A DNA stretch of 63,999 bases, filler included, from Stramenopiles sp. TOSAG23-6 (Eukaryota), in the NCBI GenBank assembly GCA_900128565.1. It is 11 parts of 11 records of this genome, joined end to end, with 100 filler letters (N's around TTAATTAATTAA, not from the genome) between each part and the next. Parts side by side here need not be neighbours in the genome. Positions count along the whole stretch, not along the records: positions 5,917 to 11,729 come from LT636827.1; positions 11,830 to 17,637 come from LT636828.1; positions 17,738 to 23,533 come from LT636829.1; 8 more parts are not named here. The stretch is one strand, 5' to 3'. The position numbers were made by a program, and so were the translations under genes. This document shows positions 9,969 through 18,696 of the stretch, in pieces. Position 1 is the stretch's first letter, and each line of letters starts with the position of its first letter. A model generated the notes under the pieces. That model worked only from the letters and a program-made list of their open reading frames with translations, did not search any database and had not been told where the DNA came from.

Positions 9969-11133
9969 ATGAGAGGCACTGTCTGCAGAATGTCCAAATC
10001 AATGATGGAATGTCGTAGTGTTATAGTAAAAGAATTTGGTGATCCCTCGGTCATGCAATTGACCAAAAAAACTATTCCTCAACCTGCAAGTGGTCAGGTG
10101 CAAATTAGTGTTGAAGCTGCTGGTGTCAATCCATCTGACACATACCAACGATTAGGACCTAACGGACCTTGGGCAGCAACGCCACATTTATTACCGAAAT
10201 TACCGTATACGCCTGGTAAAGATGGATCAGGAGTGATCACTGCTGTAGGAGAAGGTGTTACTAATTTTGAGGTCGGAGATCGTGTTTATACTAATGGTTC
10301 TATCACTGGAATGTTTGCTGAGTTTGCAGTTTGTAATACAAACCAAGTGTTTCCTCTACCGGATAATATTTCCTTCTCTCAAGGTGCTGGAATTGGTGTT
10401 CCTGCAGCGACAGCTTATAAAGCACTTTTAATGCGTGCTGGTATTAAAAAGGGTGAATCTCTCTTAATTCACGGAGCTTCTGGAGCTGTTGGCTTAGCTG
10501 CCACTAACATAGCCGTTGCGTGTGGGTGCACCGTAGTGGGTACAGCGAGTTCACAGGCGGGTGAAGCTGCTGTTATTGCTGCGGGGGCAACTGCCGTCGT
10601 AAATCATAAAAAGCCGGGATATCTTGAGGAAGCAGTGAGTGCTATTGCTGATAAAAGTAATGGTTTTGATGTGCTACTCGAAAATGCTGCGGATATCAAC
10701 CTTGTGAGTGACACTTCTGTCATGGCAAAAAATGGTCGAATTTGCATTGTTGGTTCGAAAGCGAAACCAATTCCATTTAATCCACGACTTACTATGCCAA
10801 AAGAGTTGGATATTCGTGGTGTGTTTCTTAGTGCGAGTGATGTATGTTTTATTTTATTTTTTTAATTCGAATTTGTTTTCATACGAAATTTTGTACCTAA
10901 CGATTTTTTTTTACTAACCAAAAAACCAAAAAAAAAAAAAATATTTTTCCAAAATACATCCTTCTGAAATTTCAGATATCCATTCAGAACTATTTACAAT
11001 GTTACAGACTGGCAAATTAAGTCCAAAAGTTGGTTTAGAACTTTCACTGGAAGAAGCTTCGAAAGCACATATTGAAGTAATGTCACCATCGAGTGGAGGT
11101 GCATGTGGAAATATTGTTGTTTGCATGAAGTGA
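9969..11133 (+). CDS. CRYZ: NADPH:quinone oxidoreductase (zeta-crystallin-like MDR); exons 9969-10841 and 10960-11133
   Basis: AAGVNPSD, LPYTPG, HGASGAVG; second exon supplies GKLSPKVG..LEEASKAH..GACGNIVV*. Confidence 0.9.
10842..10959 (+). other. Non-AG family intron (118 nt, GTATGT...AAAATACAT), phase 0
   Basis: Removal gives GVFLSASD|PSEISDIHSELFTMLQTGKLSPKVG, gap-free against recalled CRYZ. Confidence 0.88.
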
Positions 11134-11241
11134 ACAAAAAATTACAAAAGAAAACTTAAAAAACTTAAAAAACATAAAATATATAATAAACAAAGATTTC
11201 AAAGTTAACCACGAAAGTCCGTAGGCAAATGTATCGTTATT

Positions 11242-11729
11242 TTAATTACGCTTCAAACCAAATTTTCCCAAATGTTTTACCAGTTCATCAACGGAAGGCA
11301 TACTTTTACTACTTAACTTTGAAAAAACTAATTGATCATTATAAGAGACTTCAAATGCTCCACTATGAAAATAGTTTTGAAAGAAATAATTTAGAGCGAA
11401 CAGCAAGTACTGTGAAAAAATATTTCATGAAAAAAAAATCGTTAGGTACGAAATTTCCTATGAAAAAATAAATAAATCTGAAATGAATGAGAAAACATAC
11501 ACACCAAATACTCTGAGACGATTTTCCTGACACCACAGAAGCGCAGCAGGTTCTGGCATATTTAACCATTTGAAACATTTCCCACCAAAAAACACAAATA
11601 TCATTCCAAAGGTTTGAAGCCAAGAAACAAACTTTGGTAAATGAGACATTGGAAATGTTCCAAGATGTACAGACCCCAAAACACCATCTTCTTCTAACTC
11701 CAAATAATTATCTTCTAAAAAGGTTTTCA
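11242..11729 (-). CDS. SELENOT: Selenoprotein T-like (Rdx family), C-terminal part, one intron
   Basis: WCQENR...HSGAFEVSYNDQLVFSKL..MPSVDELV resembles SelT C-terminus. Confidence 0.8.
11405..11500 (-). other. Family intron (GTATGT...CACAGTACTT); alternative in-frame GT-AG boundaries 11502-11410
   Basis: AAATTTCGTACCTAAC core, in-frame stop inside. Confidence 0.75.
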
Positions 11730-11829
11730 NNNNNNNNNNNNNNNNNNNNNNNNNNNNNNNNNNNNNNNNNNNNTTAATTAATTAANNNNNNNNNNNNNNN
11801 NNNNNNNNNNNNNNNNNNNNNNNNNNNNN

Positions 11830-11913
11830 TGGAAAAATATTTCAAAAAAAATTTGTTAGGTACAAAATTTCGTACGAAAAAAAATTTCGAATTTGAAAAA
11901 AAATAAAACGTAC
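11830..11913 (-). other. Family intron truncated at contig end (GTACGT donor), phase 1
   Basis: GTACGTTTTATTTT..TTTCGTACGAAATTTTGTACCTAAC..AAATATTTTTCCA. Confidence 0.8.
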
Positions 11914-12571
11914 ATGAATTCCCGTCCGCTGGATCAACTCGCGTCTTCACGCCGACCCAAATACCTTCTTCTGTTTCAACCAATTCCCGTGAAACGCATT
12001 TCTCAGTAGCAACGTTGGTGACAGGTTTTAGAGTAGAAGACACGGAAGAGTACATTGACTTGAAGTTCAAAGGTGATTTCGAATTACGTCTATTTTCATC
12101 CGAGTTACATTTATTTTCGTCCATTGAATCATACTTCTTTTGATTATCACAAGGATTCGCAAGATGTTTAGGAAAACGTGACTTCATATGTGACATAATT
12201 AGCTCTCTAGTCTGAGAACTTGGCAAACGAATACTCGTCATATGAACCAACTTACGTTCAAAGTAACCAATGTATTCAACGAAAACAGCTGACGCATCAA
12301 TACTAATAATGACTGCGGGGTACCACATTCCATCCTTTTCATACCATGCTTCGCACATTTCCCCATATTTCCAAACATGAGACATTGTAGGATTCGGAAG
12401 TGGTGGTAGTGGTGGTGGTGGAGGGCAATCAGTTGAGCCTGGTCTCCATGTGTATTGAGGTCGATAATTTGGTTGGTTGTTACTCACTATTTCTTCTGGT
12501 TCAAGTAGATTAGTAAATTGTGATGGAGGAAAAATCTGGAAACCTCCAGCAAATGCTCTAAATGTATCCAT
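11914..12571 (-). CDS. Tudor-domain protein, 5' exon (partial)
   Basis: WKYGEMCEAWYEKDGMWYPAVI..VEYIGYFERKLV is an SMN-type Tudor signature. Confidence 0.7.
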
Positions 12572-12857
12572 CTAATCCCTTGAATTTAATAAATGTTTGT
12601 AGTAGTATCAAGGTCGATCTCAAGACAAGAGTGGCCAAGCAAGCTGCAAGTCCCGACTCAAGGCAAGACTTGTCAGTCAAGTCGTAAAAGCGAAAGAAAG
12701 TGCCACGTGGCATGTCATCAAAGCAGCAGTTACATCGCGAACTCCTCTCCCCTTGCCTTGCAAGAGCAAGCAAGAAGACTAATACATATTATATATCAAC
12801 ATTGATAGAATAAGTAGTGAACAAAATGTCTTAGAAATACCTTGTTAGCAGTAAAAA

Positions 12858-15128
12858 ATGAGCACCAGAGATTTATCTGAATCGCTATCAAAAGTTGAAG
12901 AAGACACTGATGAAGAAATCAAGACTGGTGACAATACTGAAATATCAAATGAAGAAGAGAACGAAGCTGAAGCTGAGGACCTTGAGAACGAAGCTGAAGC
13001 TGAGGACTTTGAGAACGAAGCTGAAGCTGAGGACTTTGAGAACGAAGCTGAAGCTGAGGACCTTGAGAACGACGATCACGAAAGTATAGACTATAATAGT
13101 GGGGCCTACATAGCTCACAAGACAAAGGTTGTATTAGATGAAACAAAAATTCCTCCTTTGCAATTTCGAAGGTGTAGGTGGTCAAGTGATGTGCCACCAA
13201 AACTTTTCTTTCCATACCCACCTGTACTTGTTGAACTAGGCTGCGAAACAAGACCAGATAAAGCTCAACGATGTAGCGCCACCGGTGGTTCCTTGACATC
13301 GCCTGTTGGTGTCATTGCGCCAGTTCCACCAAAAAAAGATGACGGGGAAATACAAACTGAGCCTGATAGAAAACAAAAAGGAATAATGATGAAATATTGG
13401 TGTCACTGGGAACGAAATGCAGTAAAAAGGGCATTTTACTACGCTGGTTTAGTTCGAACGAAAGATAAGCGAAAAGCAAGTATTCTTTGGTGTAAACATA
13501 TGAAATCGGCAACATTTCGAAAACAAGTAAACAGACCATGGCAAAAAATCAATCATATTCCTGGCACCTGGCAAATGGGTCGTAAAGACTGTCTTGCTCG
13601 TTCTGTGATGAATTTTCGTCATAAATTTGGAAAAATCTTTAATATCCATCCTCAATCTTATGTGTACCCGAGAGATTCCAAAGAGTTCTGTCGTGCAGTG
13701 AAGGATTTCAAGGAATTCAAATATGTCATAAAGAAACCAGCAGCATCCTCTCGTGGTAGAGGAATAAAAGTGTTAACTGCCAAAACTGCGGTTAGTCTCG
13801 TCAAGAAAATGGATACTAAAAATAAGAAAACAAAACAATATATTTTTCAGGAATATATTGCACGTCCTTTTCTCATCAACAATCTAAAGTTCGACTTACG
13901 TGTCTATGTTCTTTGTACTTCTTTTGACCCACTCACCATTTATTTATTTGACGATGGTTTAGTCAGATTTTGTACGAAGCCATATAAATTATCTGGATCT
14001 AGTATAAAGCATAAATATGGACACCTTACTAACTATTCACTAAATAAAAAAAGCGAAGTATTTCAAGAAAATATTACAGGTAGTATTGATGAAATGCAAG
14101 GCCACAAGTGGGGTTTAAAAGGACTATGGAAATATTTCAAAGAAAATGATATTGACACAAATACAGTAAAACAAGATATTGAAGACGTTATTGTAAAGAC
14201 ATTCATTTGTATAGAAGATCACGTGAATTCTCAGATAGTTCGTATGATAAATAAGAAATGTGCTGCTTCGTGTTTTGAGCTCTTTGGATTTGATTTAATG
14301 TTAGATTCAGATCTAAAACCATGGTTAATTGAGGTGAATATCTCGCCGTCCCTCATGGGAAATTCGCCAATGGACGAACGAATTAAAGGAACTTTAATTT
14401 CTGATACACTTCATTTAATTGGTATAACAAAGCCCGAAAAATATGATAAAAAACAAAAAGAAAAATTATCTAAACAATCTACTATTGCAAGCAAAGCGAA
14501 TGCTGCATCAGCAACTCGGCGAGATTGGGTCCTTCGGAAAGCTCGGATTGGTGCTGTTCCAAAACTACCATCTGCAACAAGCCATGGGCGATCGAAAAAA
14601 ACATTTAATTCGTCAAGAGAAAGACCAAATAGAATATCTATAAAACAGCTTGAAGCAACACCTATGGAACATATCGCAAAAGGTGATATGAAGAAAATTT
14701 TAGAGATAGAGGATGAATTGTCGAGAAGAGGCCATTTCCATCGCATATATCCTACACATAGTCGATGTAAAACATTATCTAAATATTTCACTGCGCAACG
14801 GTATAATAATATTTTGATAGCAAAATGGCTCGAATACTGTGATGTACATAAACGTAATAGTGTCCAAAGAATGGCTCGTCAGATGTCTGCAAGACGGAAG
14901 AAAAAGGAAAAGCAAGAGAAGCAAAAAAAACAAAGAAAACAAATAAACAAAATCGTAAAGAATACAGAGGAATATATGCCTCTGTCTATCACTACAACAT
15001 GTAATAGCATGGCTACACATAAAACAAACAATGTCACGGAATCGTCGGATTTCATTGTTACTCAACCCTCTTTTAATAGTCAACATAGTCCTTATGGACT
15101 TGCAATTCGTTCTCTTGCGAGAATGTAG
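12858..15128 (+). CDS. Tubulin-tyrosine ligase-like polyglutamylase (TTLL4/5-like)
   Basis: QKINHIPG, GRKDCL, KPAASSRGRGI, KFDLRVYV, HLTNYSLNK, FELFGFDLMLD, WLIEVNISPS. Confidence 0.92.
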   Translation: MSTRDLSESLSKVEEDTDEEIKTGDNTEISNEEENEAEAEDLENEAEAEDFENEAEAEDFENEAEAEDLENDDHESIDYNSGAYIAHKTKVVLDETKIPPLQFRRCRWSSDVPPKLFFPYPPVLVELGCETRPDKAQRCSATGGSLTSPVGVIAPVPPKKDDGEIQTEPDRKQKGIMMKYWCHWERNAVKRAFYYAGLVRTKDKRKASILWCKHMKSATFRKQVNRPWQKINHIPGTWQMGRKDCLARSVMNFRHKFGKIFNIHPQSYVYPRDSKEFCRAVKDFKEFKYVIKKPAASSRGRGIKVLTAKTAVSLVKKMDTKNKKTKQYIFQEYIARPFLINNLKFDLRVYVLCTSFDPLTIYLFDDGLVRFCTKPYKLSGSSIKHKYGHLTNYSLNKKSEVFQENITGSIDEMQGHKWGLKGLWKYFKENDIDTNTVKQDIEDVIVKTFICIEDHVNSQIVRMINKKCAASCFELFGFDLMLDSDLKPWLIEVNISPSLMGNSPMDERIKGTLISDTLHLIGITKPEKYDKKQKEKLSKQSTIASKANAASATRRDWVLRKARIGAVPKLPSATSHGRSKKTFNSSRERPNRISIKQLEATPMEHIAKGDMKKILEIEDELSRRGHFHRIYPTHSRCKTLSKYFTAQRYNNILIAKWLEYCDVHKRNSVQRMARQMSARRKKKEKQEKQKKQRKQINKIVKNTEEYMPLSITTTCNSMATHKTNNVTESSDFIVTQPSFNSQHSPYGLAIRSLARM
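12957..13070 (+). repeat. Coding 27-nt tandem repeat x4 (ENEAEAEDL/F)
   Basis: GAGAACGAAGCTGAAGCTGAGGACYTT repeated. Confidence 0.95.
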
Positions 15129-15194
15129 CATATAATAATGTAAAATAAATGAATTTTGCTTTTGATTTTCAAGTTAAATTGTAAAATGAATGAA

Positions 15195-15255
15195 TTTTGT
15201 TTTCAATTTCAAATTTATTTTTTTTTATACGAAATTGTATACCTAACAAAAAGTA
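15195..15255 (+). repeat. Degenerate family copy between TTLL and SURF6 stops
   Basis: TTCAAATTTATTTTTTTTTATACGAAATTGTATACCTAACAAAA without recognisable termini. Confidence 0.6.
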
Positions 15256-15256
15256 T

Positions 15257-16552
15257 CTAGTCTGCGCCGCCTCTTCCTTTAAAATCCTCGTATCTCAAAC
15301 GACCTCCTTTGCCCTTGGCCCCTTTGACTTTACCATTATTTCCTTTCCCTCTCTTGTTCAAGAAACCATTCGCGTGTTTACCTTCAAAACCAGCCCCAAG
15401 GCGTCTCTTTTTAGTTTCAGCTTTTTTATTCTGAATTGCGTGCTTACCAAACTCTCCATTGGGACCACCTCTACGACCTTTTTTTCTTTCTCTACCATCA
15501 GTACCTTTACCTTCTGCAAGTAATAATTTAGTAGCTTTCGGATTCTTCCGCTCCAGAATGTTGGCTTGCTTTTTATCATAGGCTTCTTGTTTAGTCTGTT
15601 CTACCTTGGCATTTCGTTCTTCCCATGCTTTAGCGCTTTTTTTTTTGGCGTTTTCTTTCTTCTTCAATGCTTTTCGAAGAAGCTTTGCATCATTCTTTAC
15701 CTTTTCGCCCTTAGCTCGACTCATCATTGTTTCCCATACCTCAGCTTTCAAGAGTTCTTTTCCAGCACCAGATTGTTTAAGCTCTTCAACGCGGCGTTCT
15801 CGATCTTCCGCCTGTTTCAAAAGACTAGCTAAACTTTTGCCTTGTTTACTCTTACTAGATTTACCTGGGACACTACGAACCCCAGTTTTCTTATTTATAT
15901 CAAGTTCATTATCTACTTTACCAAATGTAACAGACTGGAATAATAGTGAAGAAGATGATTTCTCATCTGTAGTAGTAGCGACGTTCTGGGCATCGGTAAC
16001 AGGGCCAACAGAGACGTCATCTGCTTCATTTGAACTATTTTTACTTTCAGAGGTTCCATTCTTCAATGACTTCAATTTAGCATTTTTCAATTTTAATGCT
16101 TTCTTTGCAGCTTTGCGGGCAGATTTACTGGTTATTTTGGCATCTCTGCCACGTTTAACGACACCACCTCGTCCATTTTTTAAGTCCTGAATACGTTGTT
16201 TAAGACGTTCGCGAAGGGCGTCAATGGAACCCGCGGGCTCAGTTTGTACTTTATGACAACGCTGAGAACTGGCATGATTTAACTCTGCACTACCAGAAGA
16301 TTTTGTTTCGGATAACTGCTTCTTCTGAATTTCTGATACACTCTCAGTATTATCACCGTTAAACTTGGCTCGTTTGGCTTTCTTCGACGCCAATTTAAGC
16401 GCAAGCTGAGGGGCCGCCTGTTTTTTATTTTTTATAAATTTGCTTTTCCACTGCTCAGTATTCGTTTCTTGTGCTATATAATACCTAGCAGGGATCAGCT
16501 CTAACATCTGGTCGAAATAATCGCAAGTGGCCTCGATTTGAACGCCCTCCAT
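15257..16552 (-). CDS. SURF6: Surfeit locus protein 6 / Rrp14 nucleolar protein
   Basis: FDQMLELIPARYY, LRERLKQRI, RAKGEKVKNDAKLLRKALKKKE..KKKSAKAWEER, GFEG. Confidence 0.9.
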   Translation of the reverse strand: MEGVQIEATCDYFDQMLELIPARYYIAQETNTEQWKSKFIKNKKQAAPQLALKLASKKAKRAKFNGDNTESVSEIQKKQLSETKSSGSAELNHASSQRCHKVQTEPAGSIDALRERLKQRIQDLKNGRGGVVKRGRDAKITSKSARKAAKKALKLKNAKLKSLKNGTSESKNSSNEADDVSVGPVTDAQNVATTTDEKSSSSLLFQSVTFGKVDNELDINKKTGVRSVPGKSSKSKQGKSLASLLKQAEDRERRVEELKQSGAGKELLKAEVWETMMSRAKGEKVKNDAKLLRKALKKKENAKKKSAKAWEERNAKVEQTKQEAYDKKQANILERKNPKATKLLLAEGKGTDGRERKKGRRGGPNGEFGKHAIQNKKAETKKRRLGAGFEGKHANGFLNKRGKGNNGKVKGAKGKGGRLRYEDFKGRGGAD

Positions 16553-16901
16553 CGTGTGGAACTATTTGAGCGTGAACTCCAAATATTATGAGAGACAACA
16601 AGGATTCAGCACTTGGAGATCACAAAGGTAGTTTGATTGAAACTGCTAAGAAATTGTACCGACTCTTTTTGAATTCGGATTTTTCTTCCGGATTTCGTGT
16701 CATGTCAATTTTTGAATGACACACAGAATTTTCTGAGGGGGGTGGCACTCTAAAAAAAAATGGTTCGATGATCATCGTTAGGGTTAGGGATAATCAGCAT
16801 CGATTATGACACGTGTTGAAATGTAATATGATAATACGCTAAGAAATATTAAACAAAAAACTTTAATAAATATATAATTTACAATATTGAGAAACTTATA
16901 A

Positions 16902-17260
16902 CTTCAGATACATCTTCTAGATGACATTCCAATGGACCCTATGAATCAGATTTTTCATTTTCGATCTAGTTCCTTCGTTACGTCACCGAATATACAAAGA
17001 CCAGAATCTTTCTTTTGGACATCCGCATTGACAATTCAGAATACAAAATGTATCTTCTCCCACAGTTTTCGTTCAAACATCTCCAAAATTCAGATACATA
17101 TTCTATGTGATATTCCAATGGACGCTATGGAGCGGATTTTTCATTTTCGATCTAGTTCCTTTGTTAGGGGTCTCCACATATGGATACAAAACTCAAAAAA
17201 AAATCTTNGGACAGCAGAAATGAGAACGTAGAATACAAAATGTATCTCCTCCCACAGTTT
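16902..17260. repeat. Diverged tandem duplication of a ~190-bp non-coding unit
   Basis: GATTTTTCATTTTCGATCTAGTTCCTT and GAATACAAAATGTATCT..CCCACAGTTT each occur twice ~190 nt apart. Confidence 0.8.
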
Positions 17261-17291
17261 TGTTTTATAATTATAATTGTACAAATATATT

Positions 17292-17538
17292 TCAAATGTT
17301 TTCTTTTGTAGTTAAAATACCTATTAAAGGATTGCAACTTTCTCCTGGATTAAGAAATTCGACCTCTTCACTTTCATTACTTTCAATGCCAATTTTCTGA
17401 CGCTGAAATTTGCATCTAAATTCTGAAACAATATTACTTACCTTGAGATGTTCATATAAACGTTTAGCAACTTCTTCAATAGACCATCTGGGACTAAATG
17501 GATATCTATAATCAAAATCATCAGCGCTAGTTGAAAGC
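17292..17538 (-). CDS. Terminal exon of an unidentified protein
   Basis: Open frame DFDYRYPFSPRWSIEEVAKRL directly after a family-type 3' end CACAATACAT. Confidence 0.5.
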
Positions 17539-17637
17539 ATGTATTGTGAAAAAATATGAAATCACAAAAAAAATCTACGATTTTTTGTATTTTTTGTATT
17601 TTTTGTATTTTTTGTATTTTTTGTATTTTTTGTATTT
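17539..17637 (-). other. 3' part of a probable family intron containing a 9-mer AAAAAATAC array, at contig end
   Basis: ATATTTTTTCACAATACAT terminus as in other members; core not visible. Confidence 0.6.
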
Positions 17638-17834
17638 NNNNNNNNNNNNNNNNNNNNNNNNNNNNNNNNNNNNNNNNNNNNTTAATTAATTAANNNNNNN
17701 NNNNNNNNNNNNNNNNNNNNNNNNNNNNNNNNNNNNNCTCAAAGCAAATATCGTTCAGAACAGGTCATGTGTCGTAATCACTCCCTATAGTTATCCTTAT
17801 GAATACAATGTCTTGCTCAAATAATGTCACTTAC

Positions 17835-18446
17835 CGTGCGTCAAAGTCTGTACCAAGTGAATCCCAGATTGTAGGCAACATTTCCTTTCTAGGACGGCTA
17901 AGGACGCGAAGAGTAATATTAACATTCTGAAGATCTTTAGTACCTGTAACAGTACTAATATTGTTTGGGCGGGTGCGCACATCAAACTCAACTACGTCCT
18001 GTTTTATTGAAAGTATGGATAGGTAAACGTCATAGTTAGTTAAAAGTGTATAGTAAAAGAGAATACAATAGAAGTGCGGATCGGGAGACATTTGAGACGC
18101 ATGGAACAATTCCTTTATTACCGTGTCAGGATTAGCATGAAAATTATCATCGTCAGATCTAGCGAAGCCCGCTAGTCCGCAAAACATATACATCATTCCC
18201 GGATAAAGAAAAATAGGACACATGACAGAAATATGTACTTTACGTAAGAAAACTTACCCATAAGAAAGGAACCTTAAAATGTGTACCTTCTCCGTATACC
18301 TTCTGTCGAATTCCACGGATTTTATCAAATATAACGACGCGTTTACCAGCATCAACATCAAATAAACATTGCTGTGAAAGCGCTATGCCACCGCCGATTC
18401 CGACAGCGGCCTTTGCAANATTTGTTAATTGTCTAGAGAGGCTCAT
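17835..18446 (-). CDS. PHB1: Prohibitin 5' part (duplicate contig)
   Basis: Same as 98-709. Confidence 0.9.
18121..18202 (-). ncRNA. Box C/D snoRNA (duplicate contig)
   Basis: Same as 384-465. Confidence 0.78.
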
Positions 18447-18696
18447 TCTATAATATATTGGAGAACACTCTTAGTTTGTGTTGCGTTCTGAGAACACGAG
18501 GCGACACTTTCGTCGGACTTTGNCANTTTTTAGCNGGNTTTNGCTCTCACTACACGAAATATCGNTTTTTTTCGNTTAGGGTTAGGGTTTTGTAACGGTA
18601 TTTTTAAGACTTGCTTCAAAACCTTTTAAGCTTACTTCATTCATCTAAACTATCTTAGTTTAATACAATAAAGCTTATATTGTAATTAGCAAAAAG

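Noticed and set aside
10840-10959. Ciliate-like DNA-excised IES interpretation
   Set aside because: Strict sense orientation plus donor and branch motifs favour RNA splicing; not formally excluded without reads.
12957-13070. CRISPR-like repeat array
   Set aside because: Spacerless in-frame coding repeat in a eukaryotic gene.
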